Assembly (NCBI GenBank): GCA_963718615.1
Contig: OY970368.1
Location: 448,977 to 512,976, forward strand
Direction of reading: 5' to 3'
Source: an uncultured cyanobacterium
GTDB taxonomy: Bacteria; Cyanobacteriota; Cyanobacteriia; PCC-9006; JAAUQQ01
DNA: 64,000 nucleotides
Positions 9,489 to 20,129 of this stretch are shown piece after piece; positions within the stretch are counted from its first letter, which is position 1; each line of letters begins with the position of its first letter. The position numbers and the translations under genes are program-made. Below the pieces are notes generated by a model, which worked only from the letters and a program-made list of their open reading frames with translations, did no database searches and was not told the DNA's origin.

Positions 9489-9568
9489 AGAAATCGCGCT
9501 TAAATCATAAGGTGGGTCTCTTAATCGAGACACCAGCGCTCTATTTTCTGTTTGTGTTCAAGCTTTCC

Positions 9569-11686
9569 ATGATTAACCGTCTTGCTCAGGCTGCCAGCCT
9601 CTATCTGCGTAAACATGCTGAAAACCCCATTGACTGGTGGCCTTGGTGTGATCAAGCCCTTGCTAAAGCTCAGGCGGAAGATAAACCAATTTTTTTGTCC
9701 ATCGGTTACTCTAGCTGTCACTGGTGCACGGTTATGGAGGGTGAGGCGTTTTCGGATGGGGCGATCGCCCAGTTCCTCAACGAGCATTACATCGCCATTA
9801 AGGTCGATCGCGAAGAGCGCCCGGACCTCGACAGCATTTACATGCAGGCACTTCAAATGATGGTGGGTCAAGGGGGCTGGCCGCTCAATCTTTTTCTAAC
9901 ACCAGAGCAACGGATCCCGTTCTACAGCGGCACCTATTTTCCCCTAGAACCGCGCTATGGCCGACCCGGCTTTTTGCAAATTCTTCAGGCGTTGCATCGG
10001 CTTTACCACCAGGATAAAGCCAAGCTCAACACCATTACCCAAGAGCTCAGCGAGGCCCTGCGTCAGGAGGCCAGTTTAGCGCCAGGGACACTCGACCCCA
10101 CACTACTCCCCCAAGGCTTAGGCGTCAGTGCGCGGATTATCCAATCTCGTGGTCAAGCGGGTGGTCAAGCGGGCGGGCAAGGGAACCGCTTCCCGATGAT
10201 GCCCTATGCCCAAGCGGCACTCCATAGGCTGCGCTGGCCCGAGGGGGCGGAGCCCGTCCGTCAAGCCTGCAAGCAGCGGGGACTCGATTTAGCCCTGGGG
10301 GGAATTTTTGACGCTGTTGCTGGGGGATTCCATCGCTATACCGTTGACTCCACCTGGACAGTGCCCCATTTTGAAAAGATGCTCTACGACAATGGGCAGA
10401 TTCTGGAATACCTCGCCCATTTATGGCAGGCCGGACTCCAAGAACCGGCCTTTGAACGCGCTATGGACCGAACTGTGGGCTGGCTCCAGCGGGAGATGAC
10501 GGCTCCCGAGGGCTATTTCTATGCGGCTCAAGATGCCGATAGTTTTCCGTCGCCCAATGCCCCAGAGCCCGAGGAAGGAGCGTTTTATGTTTGGCGCTAT
10601 CAAGAGTTAGCCGAGCGGCTTTCTCCCTCAGAACTTATGGCACTCACCGAGGCTTTTACGGTGACCGAAGCGGGTAATTTCGAGGGGACGAACGTTTTGC
10701 AGCGACGGCAGCCAGGGGAACTGAGTGCGATCGCGGAGGCAGCACTGGATCAATTATTCGTGGCACGCTACGGGCAGCCCTCAACCCAATGCTCAGTTTT
10801 TCCACCCGCGCGTAGCAATGCCGCCGCTTGCCAGGGCCAGTGGCCGGGTCGGATTCCGGCGGTCACGGACACCAAAATGATTGTGGCTTGGAATAGCCTA
10901 ATGATTTCAGGTTTGGCGCAAGCGGCGGTCGCTTGGCAACGCCCAGAGATTTGGTATCAGGCCGCGAAGGCGGCGCAGTTTATCATTATCCACCAGTGGG
11001 CACCTGTCGCGACTGCGACAACGGCTCCGGCTAAGCGATTGCATCGGCTGAACTATGAAGGTGAGCCCCAAGTCTTGGCCCAGTCGGAGGACTATGCGCT
11101 CTTAATCAAAGCCTTGTTGGATTTACAACAGTCTGCCTTAAATCTGTTGATTTCGGCGGAGGAACAGATCCTGGATTGGCAAGCAGAAGCTGTGCGAGTT
11201 CAATCCGAATTCGATCAACATCTGTGGAGTGAGGAAGGTGGTTATTACAATACGGAGAGGCGGGCGGATCTGCTGATTCTAGAGCGTAGTTATGATGATC
11301 ATGCAACTCCTTCCGCCAATGGTATGGCGATCGCCAATTTGGTAAGGTTGTCAGCCTTAACCGGAAAGATGAACTATCTCAACCGAGCCGAACAAGCGCT
11401 CAGTGCCTTTAGCACCGTCCTACAAATCACCCCTCAGCGTTGTCCGAGCCTATTCGTTGCGTGGGATTGGCTGCTCCATTTTGCCCAGGTTCGCGCGGAA
11501 GAAGGAGTGCTAGGGGCCTTATCCTGGGGCTATGGGCCAACGCTGATGCTCCAGGCGATACAGCCTCCTAGCGGCACCGTGGGATTTATTTGCACGGGCC
11601 TATCCTGTGGCAATCCCCTAGAGACCCTAGAAGATTTACAGACGAGTCTACACCAGACTGATGGTTTGTTTTTGAGCATGAAATGA
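9569..11686 (+). CDS. Thioredoxin-domain protein, DUF255/YyaL-like
   Basis: NRLAQAASLYLRKHAENPIDWWPWCDQALAKAQAEDKPIFLSIGYSSCHWCTVME, followed by a long alpha-helical (six-hairpin-glycosidase-like) region. The probable ATG gives MINRLAQ. Confidence 0.85.
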   Translation: MINRLAQAASLYLRKHAENPIDWWPWCDQALAKAQAEDKPIFLSIGYSSCHWCTVMEGEAFSDGAIAQFLNEHYIAIKVDREERPDLDSIYMQALQMMVGQGGWPLNLFLTPEQRIPFYSGTYFPLEPRYGRPGFLQILQALHRLYHQDKAKLNTITQELSEALRQEASLAPGTLDPTLLPQGLGVSARIIQSRGQAGGQAGGQGNRFPMMPYAQAALHRLRWPEGAEPVRQACKQRGLDLALGGIFDAVAGGFHRYTVDSTWTVPHFEKMLYDNGQILEYLAHLWQAGLQEPAFERAMDRTVGWLQREMTAPEGYFYAAQDADSFPSPNAPEPEEGAFYVWRYQELAERLSPSELMALTEAFTVTEAGNFEGTNVLQRRQPGELSAIAEAALDQLFVARYGQPSTQCSVFPPARSNAAACQGQWPGRIPAVTDTKMIVAWNSLMISGLAQAAVAWQRPEIWYQAAKAAQFIIIHQWAPVATATTAPAKRLHRLNYEGEPQVLAQSEDYALLIKALLDLQQSALNLLISAEEQILDWQAEAVRVQSEFDQHLWSEEGGYYNTERRADLLILERSYDDHATPSANGMAIANLVRLSALTGKMNYLNRAEQALSAFSTVLQITPQRCPSLFVAWDWLLHFAQVRAEEGVLGALSWGYGPTLMLQAIQPPSGTVGFICTGLSCGNPLETLEDLQTSLHQTDGLFLSMK

Positions 11687-11882
11687 TTGAGTCGATCTCT
11701 GGGTTTATTCTGTTGAGACTGGAGCCTAAGTGATCTAGTTCATCAAGTCTTGTATCACAAATGCCCTTGAGGCGTTAATTCTCTCCCCATTTCGGGAACA
11801 AATGATAGGTAGATCACGGGTCTACGTTATCCCTGTTGCGGACCCATCGCCGTTGCATTGTGTGCAAGAGGTTCCCGATGTC

Positions 11883-13202
11883 ATGAGCAATTCTATTTCG
11901 ATCGATCCTCATCAGTCTGTATCTGCTGCTCAATCCTTGCAATCTCTGCTAGGTCAAAAGGCAACAGGTGAATTTTTGATTACGGCGGAGCCTGCTGGCG
12001 CTGTAAACGCATCCAGCTCAGTCAATACGGCTTGTCCCATCACTTGGCTGTTGTACTGCACCCAAGGACAGCTTAATTTTCTAACCAGTGCGGTGCGATC
12101 GCGATCGCGTCTGCAATACCTCCTTCAGCATTATGCGCCCAACCTGACCCTGCCCCAGTGGGAAACCTTTAGTTCAGATTACGATTACATGTGCTCGCTG
12201 TTAACAACCCAATCGTTGCCCCGGCAGCGGGTTCGCCAACTGCTTTCCATGTTTTCCGTAGAGGCGTTGGCCCAAATTCTGACGGCATCTAAGCTGACGA
12301 TTACACCCTTGAGTGCCGAGGTTCAGCTTCAGCCGCTGCTGATTGCATTGAATTTTCAAGAGGTGCTTCCTCGGCTTCAGGATTTGCTGCAAGAATGGCG
12401 GACGTTGCATCCAGAGGTACCATCGCTCTTTCACTGCCCTAGGCTGAAACGAGTCGAAGCGTTGCATCAGCTTGTGGCGAAAAATCCAACACAACGATGG
12501 TTGCAACAATTGATTGCTCAGGTTGCTCCAGATCGTTGTTTCTATGAGCTTGCCGCTCGCGATCGCCAAAATGCGATTGAGCTAGCCAAAAAGGTTCAGC
12601 CCCTCATCCAGCGTGGTCTGGTTGAGCTAACACCCCCACCCCCAGCCGATGCCCAACAGGGCACGGTCTCAGCAAACATGCTGCCGACAACCAATTTATC
12701 TCCGCCTGAGACAAGTTCTGGGGCAAGTTCTGGGGCAAGTCCTGGGATCAGTTCTTTCGAAGGTTTTCATAAAATTTCCCTAAGTAACACCAGTCAAGCG
12801 CCTGCCAAGTCTTTCAAAATTGCCTGCGTAGATGACAGTCCTACCATCCTCAAAGAAATCGAAAATTGCTTAAGTGGGGGTGTCGATGAGTTTTCTATTT
12901 TCCCGATTGTAAATTCCGTACAGGCGCTGATGTGGTTGAGACGAATTCAGCCAGACCTAATCTTGATGGATGTGGGCATGCCCGGCGTGAACGGCTATGA
13001 ACTCTGCCAGCTCATTCGCGGAAATAAGCAGTTTGCCGACATTCCCATCATCATGGTGACGGGTAACACGAGTGCGCTCGATCGGGAAAAAGCAATGAAG
13101 GTTGGGGCGTCAGATTATCTGACTAAACCTTTTACGCAAACCGGCTTGCTAGAGATGGTTAAACGTCATTTGAATCTCTCAAATGTTGGCGTTGGCTGTT
13201 AG
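11883..13202 (+). CDS. PatA-type response regulator, first gene of the chemosensory operon (PilG/PixG/HmpA-like)
   Basis: The PATAN-like motif is ITWLLYCTQGQLNFLTSAVRSRSRLQYLL. The C-terminal receiver reads KIACVDDSPTILKEI..LILMDVGMPGVNGYELC..IIMVTG..YLTKPF. Confidence 0.85.
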   Translation: MSNSISIDPHQSVSAAQSLQSLLGQKATGEFLITAEPAGAVNASSSVNTACPITWLLYCTQGQLNFLTSAVRSRSRLQYLLQHYAPNLTLPQWETFSSDYDYMCSLLTTQSLPRQRVRQLLSMFSVEALAQILTASKLTITPLSAEVQLQPLLIALNFQEVLPRLQDLLQEWRTLHPEVPSLFHCPRLKRVEALHQLVAKNPTQRWLQQLIAQVAPDRCFYELAARDRQNAIELAKKVQPLIQRGLVELTPPPPADAQQGTVSANMLPTTNLSPPETSSGASSGASPGISSFEGFHKISLSNTSQAPAKSFKIACVDDSPTILKEIENCLSGGVDEFSIFPIVNSVQALMWLRRIQPDLILMDVGMPGVNGYELCQLIRGNKQFADIPIIMVTGNTSALDREKAMKVGASDYLTKPFTQTGLLEMVKRHLNLSNVGVGC

Positions 13203-13246
13203 TTTAGCCTGCGATTGTTGATCAATATTCATTCTGGAGAAAAACC

Positions 13247-13615
13247 ATGGCCACTGTTTTAGTCGTTGACGATACCCCTTCTGAACTTCAGCTCATGTGT
13301 CACCACTTGCGCCAAGCGGGATATTTGGTGATTAGTGCCCAAAGCGCCGATGAAGGATTTACAAAAGCGCTGCAACAGAAACTGGACGCGATCGTGACCG
13401 ATATTGCCATGCCCGGTAAAAGTGGGTTTGATCTTTGCCGCAATCTCAAGGCAGAACCCGCAACCCAAAATGTGCCGATTGTGATTTGCTCTAGCAAAAA
13501 CCAGTCGATTGATAAACTTTGGGCCAAACGCCAAGGAGCAGCGGCTTATATTACGAAACCGTTTGATGGACAGAATCTCGTGGCTTCGGTGCAGTCTGTG
13601 CTAGGGCAAGGCTAA
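13247..13615 (+). CDS. CheY-like single-domain response regulator (PilH/PixH/HmpB-like)
   Basis: MATVLVVDDTPSELQLM..AIVTDIAMPGKSGFDLC..VICSSK..YITKPF. Confidence 0.9.
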   Translation: MATVLVVDDTPSELQLMCHHLRQAGYLVISAQSADEGFTKALQQKLDAIVTDIAMPGKSGFDLCRNLKAEPATQNVPIVICSSKNQSIDKLWAKRQGAAAYITKPFDGQNLVASVQSVLGQG

Positions 13616-14211
13616 TGGACCAGGCAACTGTTACCCCCCGACAGGACAGTAATCGGCAAGGCAGTAATCGGCAAGGCAGTCGTCGCCAGGGCAATGCTCG
13701 ACAGACCTATGTGAACTTCGAGATTACGGCGGAGACACCGGCTCTGCTCTCAACGGTCTATGCCAAGGAAGTCGTGGATGTCCCATTTTCCCAAGTGACG
13801 GCACTGCCCAATATGCCCGCGCCGGTTCTGGGGCTGCTCAACCGCCGCAGCCGCGTTATTTGGTTGGTTGATCTGGCACAGTTGCTGGGGTTACCGCCTT
13901 TGATGCCCACGACCGAGGTCTATCGCGTCATTGTGCTCAGCGTTCATGGGGAGGATTCGCAGGCTTCAGCATCATTGTCGTCAGACCTACCCTTGAGTTT
14001 GATGGCGATCGCCGTCCCCACCATTCGCGGCAGTGTCCGGATCTTGCCCGAGGCCATTCAGCCCCCCTCGGAACATTTATCACCCCTCTTACTGCCCTAT
14101 CTCGATGGATGTTTATCGATCAAACCTCCGCAACCTGAACTTCGCAATGAATTCACCCTCGTTCTCAACGCCAATCGAATCGCCACCTCACCGCTGCTGA
14201 TTCAAGCTTGA
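13615..14211 (+). CDS. CheW-like coupling protein (PilI/HmpC-like)
   Basis: Its start codon overlaps the stop codon of the cheY-like gene (ATG 13615-13617 vs TAA 13613-13615, 1-nt overlap). The CheW-type core is [47 protein letters not shown]. Confidence 0.8.
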   Translation: MDQATVTPRQDSNRQGSNRQGSRRQGNARQTYVNFEITAETPALLSTVYAKEVVDVPFSQVTALPNMPAPVLGLLNRRSRVIWLVDLAQLLGLPPLMPTTEVYRVIVLSVHGEDSQASASLSSDLPLSLMAIAVPTIRGSVRILPEAIQPPSEHLSPLLLPYLDGCLSIKPPQPELRNEFTLVLNANRIATSPLLIQA

Positions 14212-14242
14212 GTTCATTCTTGTCCTTTCCCAGAGAATCACC

Positions 14243-16570
14243 ATGCAGACCCAGGATCCCAATGTCCTTCCCTCTTCGCCTGCTGCCGCCCCTGACAATA
14301 CTGGCTTTGTGAATTTAGGGGAGATGGCTGGGGGCACCGTGCCAACCCCCTTGGCCCTAGACTCAACCCTAGATAGTGCTGGAGATCAAGCGGGTATTCG
14401 AGCGTTGCTGCGGGGCAATGCGCTGCAAAACCGCCTGCTGACCACCTTTTTGCCCACGGCGCTGGTTCCCCTCTTGCTCGCGAGTGCGCTGGGGTATGGC
14501 ATCATTCGCAATCGCAACCAAGTCACGGCCAAAGTTCAGCTCCAAAACCAATCGCTCTTGGCCAGTGAAGCCACCCAGGATTTTTTGAACGATGCCTTCA
14601 AAACTCCTGCGAGTGTGGCCAGCAACCCCAGTATGCTCAACACCTTGCGCGCCAGTGCACAACAGGCGGAAGCGGAGAAGCTGCCGCAAAAGCCCCTAGA
14701 GCAACTTGAAGCAGACTTTGCCTCAACGCGATTGCTCAAGTTGGATCAAACCCTCAATACCACGCTGGATAAATTGGCAAAGGTGGGGGGATTGGCAGAG
14801 CTATTTATCACAGAACGCAACGGTTTGAACGTGGCCTATAGTCAGGCAACCTCTGACTTTGTCCAAAGTGATGAAGACTGGTGGAAAAACGGTAAGGCCC
14901 AGGGCCGCTGGATTAGTGACCCGGAGTTTGACGAATCTAGCCAATCGGTGAACGTCGATTTGGTGCAATCTGTAGTGGATGATCAGGGCCAGTTTTTAGG
15001 CGTGATCAAAGCGGGTTTGCCCTTCAATACCTTTAGCCGCATTGACGAATATCTCAACACTAAGAGTTTTAAAACCTCCGAGCAAATTCAGGTTCTGGAT
15101 ACTGGCGCAACTCAGTTGCTTAAAACGGTGACGGTTCAGGGCGCTGGAACGGTGAAAGAGGTGACAGGGGGAGAGGCGATCGCCCAACTCTCCGCCGCCC
15201 TTTCCCAACTCAATCCCCAAACGGTGCCGGATACCACCCAGTTGCAATCCGAATGGGAACGGCAGTATGGCGTACAGGGCTTAACGTTAACAACGCTGGG
15301 TTCTGATGACTCGCAATCCGCAAAGCTCTCGGCAACATTTCGCCAGGGCGATCGCCAATATGCCATGACGCCCATTGTGGGAACAGACTGGGTGGCGATC
15401 GCCTCCCTCAAAAACGCAGATATCAACGCCGCTAGTTCGCAGTTGCTCTTGGTCTTTCTGGGAACAGCGGTAGTTCTGGGGGGCATTGCCGCCTTATTAA
15501 CCCAGATTTTGGCGAAGCAACTCTCCTTGCCCCTCACCCAGGAAGTTCAGCGGCAGCAGGAGCAAACCGAAGCGATTCAAATGCAGTTGGTGGAGTTTCT
15601 CACCAGCGTTGAAGGCGCGGCCCAAGGGGACCTAACAGTTCACGCCGAGGTCAGCTCGGGGGATATGGGCACCGTGGCGGATTTCTTCAACCTAATTGTG
15701 GACAGTTTGCGGCAGATTCTGATTCAGGTGAAGCAATCGGCGGGTCAGGTGAACCAATCCGTTTCGGGGAATGAAGCCGCGATTCGCCAATTGGCCGACG
15801 AATCCCTCAAGCAAACGGAGGAAATCTCGAATACGCTCCAGTCCGTGGAAGCCATGGCCCAATCGATTCAGATGGTGGCGAGTAGTGCTAACCGGGCGGC
15901 GGAGGTGTCGCGATCGGCAGCGACTACCGCTTCAACCGGGGAAATCGCCATGGATAAAACCGTGGAAACGATTCTGAATCTGCGGGGTACGGTGGCGGAA
16001 ACTGCGAAGAAGGTGAAACGCTTGGGCGAGTCGTCCCAACAGATTTCCAAGGTGGTCGCGCTGATTAACCAGATTGCGCTCAAGACCAACCTCCTCGCGG
16101 TCAACGCCAGTATTGAGGCGGCACGGGCTGGGGAAGAGGGCGAAGGCTTCGCGGTAGTTGCGGAGGAAGTCGGGGCACTGGCGGAACAGTCGGCCACGGC
16201 CACCAAGGAAATTGAAAAAATTGTCGAAGGGATTCAAAAAGAAACCAACGAAGTGGTTGAAGCCATGGAGGTGGGAACGTCTCAGGTGGTTGAAGGCACC
16301 CGCTTAGTTGAGGATGCAAAAACCAGTTTGGTGGAAATCCTCAGCGTTTCCCGCCAAATTAATGAGCTCCTGCAATCGATTTCTGAGGCCACGGTGTCCC
16401 AGACCCAAACCTCCGACGAAGTGGCACAACTCATGCAAAAGATTACTCAGGTTTCGCGGCAAACGTCCGAATCTTCGCGGACGGTGTCGGACAATCTGCA
16501 GCAAACCGTGGAAATTGCCCAGGATCTTGAAATCGCTGTGGGTCAGTTTAAGGTCGGTACTGAGATCTAA
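14243..16570 (+). CDS. Methyl-accepting chemotaxis protein (PilJ/HmpD-like): two TM helices, an extracytoplasmic sensor of about 300 aa, HAMP and MA domains
   Basis: The signalling hairpin is [43 protein letters not shown] segments lie around [24 protein letters not shown] and [23 protein letters not shown]. No bilin-binding GAF region is evident. Confidence 0.9.
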   Translation: MQTQDPNVLPSSPAAAPDNTGFVNLGEMAGGTVPTPLALDSTLDSAGDQAGIRALLRGNALQNRLLTTFLPTALVPLLLASALGYGIIRNRNQVTAKVQLQNQSLLASEATQDFLNDAFKTPASVASNPSMLNTLRASAQQAEAEKLPQKPLEQLEADFASTRLLKLDQTLNTTLDKLAKVGGLAELFITERNGLNVAYSQATSDFVQSDEDWWKNGKAQGRWISDPEFDESSQSVNVDLVQSVVDDQGQFLGVIKAGLPFNTFSRIDEYLNTKSFKTSEQIQVLDTGATQLLKTVTVQGAGTVKEVTGGEAIAQLSAALSQLNPQTVPDTTQLQSEWERQYGVQGLTLTTLGSDDSQSAKLSATFRQGDRQYAMTPIVGTDWVAIASLKNADINAASSQLLLVFLGTAVVLGGIAALLTQILAKQLSLPLTQEVQRQQEQTEAIQMQLVEFLTSVEGAAQGDLTVHAEVSSGDMGTVADFFNLIVDSLRQILIQVKQSAGQVNQSVSGNEAAIRQLADESLKQTEEISNTLQSVEAMAQSIQMVASSANRAAEVSRSAATTASTGEIAMDKTVETILNLRGTVAETAKKVKRLGESSQQISKVVALINQIALKTNLLAVNASIEAARAGEEGEGFAVVAEEVGALAEQSATATKEIEKIVEGIQKETNEVVEAMEVGTSQVVEGTRLVEDAKTSLVEILSVSRQINELLQSISEATVSQTQTSDEVAQLMQKITQVSRQTSESSRTVSDNLQQTVEIAQDLEIAVGQFKVGTEI

Positions 16571-16604
16571 TTGGGGGGGTCTAATTTGGGAGGCCTAATT
16601 TGGC

Positions 16605-19505
16605 ATGGGACAAGCAACTAGACGGGAAATGGGGCGGGAAACCGAGCAGGAACTCCGCCTGCAATTTCTGGAAGAAGCCCAAGAATATCTCAATACGATC
16701 GAGCGCTTTTTGATGGGCTTGGCAGCACGCCCGTTGGACTCTGCCCAGGCGGATGGGGCGCTGCGGGCGGCTCACTCGATCAAGGGTGGGTCGGCGCTGA
16801 TGGGGTTTCAAATCCTCAGTTCGTTGGCACACCATTTAGAGGATTTTCTCAAAATTCTCAAGGCTCGGCGTCAGACCATCCAGGTGGATGCGCCCCTAGA
16901 GAGCCTTTTGCTGGCGGCGTTGGATCAGTTGCGCCAGGAGAGCGATCGCCAACGTGCCGGAAAAATCCTCAACGCCGAAGCCCTCAAACCTCAACTCCAG
17001 CCGATTTTCGGCGGACTGCGTCGCCGCCTGGGGACGCTGCAACCGGAGGACGAGAATGCGCTCCTGTCCGAGGCGAGCGGCACAGATGTGGCAGCAACGC
17101 TGTTTGAGCAGGAAGTGGGGGGATTGCTGGATGATCTGGAGGCAAAGCTACAAACAGGCAATGAAGCGCTGATTGCTGCTGCCCTGACTGAACTGACCCA
17201 GGATCTGCAAGAGTTGGGCATCATGCTCAAACTCCAGGCCTTTGTGCGGTTGTGTGAAGCCGTGGCAACGCAGGCTCAGAAGACACCAGAGCGGGGATTG
17301 GCGATCGCCCAAGCCGCCCTCAAAGCTTGGCGCAAGGCCCATGCCATGGTGTTGGTGGGGCAAGCGGAGAATATTACGAGTCAGTTGGAGGGCTTTGAGG
17401 CAAGGCCAAAGGAAAGGTCAGAGGCAAGGCCAAAGGAAAGGTTAGAGGCAAGGGCCATGGAAACCCCTGCCGACGCCCCACCGCCCAGCCCGCCAATTCG
17501 CGAAAAAACCGTTCGGGTGCCGTTGCGATTGCTGGATCAACTGAGTGATTTGTTTGGAGAATTACTCATTGAGCGCAATGCTTTGAATTTGCGTCTTGAT
17601 CGCCTGCAAATCATGTCGGAGATTTTGCGCGATCGCGTCCAAGAGGTCGAACTATCCAACGATCAACTGCGACGCTTCTACGACCAAGTAGCAACGGAAA
17701 CGGCCATTACCCTAAGCGGCTATCCGGTGCGCGGTCACCAGCTCCAAGGCCGCCAGCCAGGGCATCTGCAATGGGGCCAGGGCAGTGCCACCCTCGATCA
17801 TCACTTCGATATCCTCGAAAAAGACCAGTACAGCAATCTGCATCTGCTCTCTCAAGATCAGATGGAAAACGTCGTGCGGTTGCAGGAGGTCAGCACCGAT
17901 ATTGACCTGGGTCTCTCGGAAGCTCGCCAAGCGGCTCGGAAGGTCAACCAAACCATTAAACAGCTCCAAAACCGGGTTACCCAATCGCGGATGCGGCCCC
18001 TTTCGGAACTGGTGAGTCGGTTTCCCCGTACGATTCGGGAATTGTCGTTGCGCTATGGCAAAACCGTGGAACTAGAGGTGATGGGGGGCACGACGCTGGT
18101 GGATCGGGCGATCGTCGAAGCCTTGGCGGACCCGCTGCTGCATCTGCTGCGCAATGCCTTTGACCACGGCATCGAATCCCCTGAGGCCCGACGGGCAGCG
18201 GGTAAGCCAGAGACAGGACGCATTGAAATTCGCGCCGCCCACCGAGGTCGCCAAACGCTGATCCAAATCCAGGACGATGGGGCAGGGATCAATCTTGAGA
18301 AGGTCCGGGCAAGGGCGCTCAAAATGGGCATTAGCGAAGCCCAACTGGCGCGATCCAGCGAAGCAGATTTGCTAGACCTGATTTTTGAACCAGGTTTTAG
18401 CACCGCTGACCAAGTCACGGATCTGTCGGGTCGTGGCGTGGGTATGGATGTGGTTCGCACCAATCTCAAGCAGATTCGAGGCGATGTTAAAGTCGAAACC
18501 CACGCCGGTCAAGGCACGACGTTTACGCTTTCAGTCCCGCTGACTCTCTCGGTGGTGCGAGTGCTGTTGGTGGAGAGCAATGATTTGCTCATGGCCATGC
18601 CCACGGATGTGATTGCGGAGATGGTCCTGCCCCATCCCGAAATGCTGCTCAGTGCTGCGGGACAGACCCTGCTCAACTGGAATGATTTGATGGTGCCGGT
18701 GCTCAACTTGGGTGACTGGCTCCCGTTTAATTGCCCCAAACGAGCTCTGGAAAGTGAACTAGCAACTAAAATCAATACGCCAACCATTTTGCTGATCCAT
18801 CGGGATAATAGCTGGGTAGGAATTCAGGTCGATCGCTTCCGGGCAGAACAGGAAGTTGCTATTCGCCCCATTGAGGGGCCGTTGGCATTGCCACCGGGCT
18901 GCACGGGCTCGACGATTTTGGGCAATGGTCGCGTGGTGCCGATTATGGATCCCATACAACTCCTGGGCTGGATGACGGGCTGTGATCTTCATCCCGCAAT
19001 GCCGGTGACTGCGAGGGGGAATTCAAGCTCCAATGGCAGTTCCAATGGCAGCTCCAATGGTAACGGCAATCTTGAGGCGATCGCCCCATTCCCATCCTCT
19101 ACGACCTCCACGACCTCCACGGCCTCACCCCCCGTCGTTATGGTGATCGATGATTCGATCAATGTGCGCCGCTTCTTGGCCTTGACGCTCGAAAAGTCAG
19201 GCTATCGTGTGGTTCAGGCCCGCGATGGTCAAGATGCCGTGGAAAAATTAGCCCAAGGGCTTACCGTTCACGGCATTGTCTGCGACTTAGAAATGCCCCG
19301 ACTAGATGGCTATGGGGTCCTGACCCACGTCCGTGAGCAATCCCAATTCAAGCGGTTGCCGGTCATTATGTTGACCTCTCGGAGCAGCGAGAAGCATCGG
19401 CAACTGGCGATGACCCTGGGGGCGACGGACTATTTCTCAAAGCCCTATAACGAACAAGCACTACTCAAACGTCTGCGTTCTGCCCTGGAGACTGCAACTC
19501 GATGA
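16605..19505 (+). CDS. Hybrid CheA histidine kinase (Hpt, dimerisation, HATPase, CheW-like and receiver domains; PilL/HmpE-like)
   Basis: Hpt is AAHSIKGGSALMGF. The kinase boxes are LLHLLRNAFDHGIE, DDGAGI and GRGVGMDVV. A CheW-like segment follows. The C-terminal receiver reads VMVIDDSINVRRF..VCDLEMPRLDG..MLTSR..YFSKPY. Confidence 0.9.
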   Translation: MGQATRREMGRETEQELRLQFLEEAQEYLNTIERFLMGLAARPLDSAQADGALRAAHSIKGGSALMGFQILSSLAHHLEDFLKILKARRQTIQVDAPLESLLLAALDQLRQESDRQRAGKILNAEALKPQLQPIFGGLRRRLGTLQPEDENALLSEASGTDVAATLFEQEVGGLLDDLEAKLQTGNEALIAAALTELTQDLQELGIMLKLQAFVRLCEAVATQAQKTPERGLAIAQAALKAWRKAHAMVLVGQAENITSQLEGFEARPKERSEARPKERLEARAMETPADAPPPSPPIREKTVRVPLRLLDQLSDLFGELLIERNALNLRLDRLQIMSEILRDRVQEVELSNDQLRRFYDQVATETAITLSGYPVRGHQLQGRQPGHLQWGQGSATLDHHFDILEKDQYSNLHLLSQDQMENVVRLQEVSTDIDLGLSEARQAARKVNQTIKQLQNRVTQSRMRPLSELVSRFPRTIRELSLRYGKTVELEVMGGTTLVDRAIVEALADPLLHLLRNAFDHGIESPEARRAAGKPETGRIEIRAAHRGRQTLIQIQDDGAGINLEKVRARALKMGISEAQLARSSEADLLDLIFEPGFSTADQVTDLSGRGVGMDVVRTNLKQIRGDVKVETHAGQGTTFTLSVPLTLSVVRVLLVESNDLLMAMPTDVIAEMVLPHPEMLLSAAGQTLLNWNDLMVPVLNLGDWLPFNCPKRALESELATKINTPTILLIHRDNSWVGIQVDRFRAEQEVAIRPIEGPLALPPGCTGSTILGNGRVVPIMDPIQLLGWMTGCDLHPAMPVTARGNSSSNGSSNGSSNGNGNLEAIAPFPSSTTSTTSTASPPVVMVIDDSINVRRFLALTLEKSGYRVVQARDGQDAVEKLAQGLTVHGIVCDLEMPRLDGYGVLTHVREQSQFKRLPVIMLTSRSSEKHRQLAMTLGATDYFSKPYNEQALLKRLRSALETATR

Positions 19506-20041
19506 AAAATACCTTAGTTCGGACTCGACGCCATCGCAAACGCGTTAAGGAAACGACAGTACAACTAATTACGTTTCAACTGCGCCAGGATTGGTTTGCG
19601 CTACCCATTACTGCCGTGGAGCGAGTGATTCCCCTGGAGGCGGTCTATGGCGAAGCCCATCAGTCGGGCATTGGCCTTACGGTTTACCAGGGTCAAGAAC
19701 TGGTGGTCGTAGATGTGGGCCAGCGGCTTTTTGGGGAAGCGGGTCAAGCAGAGGGCACGTTGCTGCATCTGGATGCCTCCCAACAGGATGTTTTGGATCA
19801 GGTCCAGTTGCTGTTGATTCTCAAGGCTCCGACGGGGAAGCCCATTGGCATTCCAATTGATTCTCGTCCGGTGTTGAAACGGGTGGTAGCGGAGGCGATC
19901 GCCCCCATCCCCCACGAATACCAAACCTCGGGGAAAATCCAATGTGTTAGTTCGCTCTCGGTCCAGGCGGCGGGCGAACCGCTGCTGTTTTTGCTGGATA
20001 CGGAGCAGTTGTTTGAGGCGTTGGCGTTGAGCTTGGTCTGA
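19502..20041 (+). CDS. Second CheW-like protein
   Basis: It overlaps the cheA stop by 4 bp (ATGA). Core sequence: QLITFQLRQDWFALPITAVERVIPLEAVYG..GLTVYQGQELVVVD. Confidence 0.7.
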   Translation: MKNTLVRTRRHRKRVKETTVQLITFQLRQDWFALPITAVERVIPLEAVYGEAHQSGIGLTVYQGQELVVVDVGQRLFGEAGQAEGTLLHLDASQQDVLDQVQLLLILKAPTGKPIGIPIDSRPVLKRVVAEAIAPIPHEYQTSGKIQCVSSLSVQAAGEPLLFLLDTEQLFEALALSLV

Positions 20042-20129
20042 CGGGTGAATTTTTCCTGTATATCCAGTGTGAACCCAAGCATGGGCTTTAGCATGGGGAC
20101 AGTGCTTGTCTTGGGGACTGGCTGGAACC

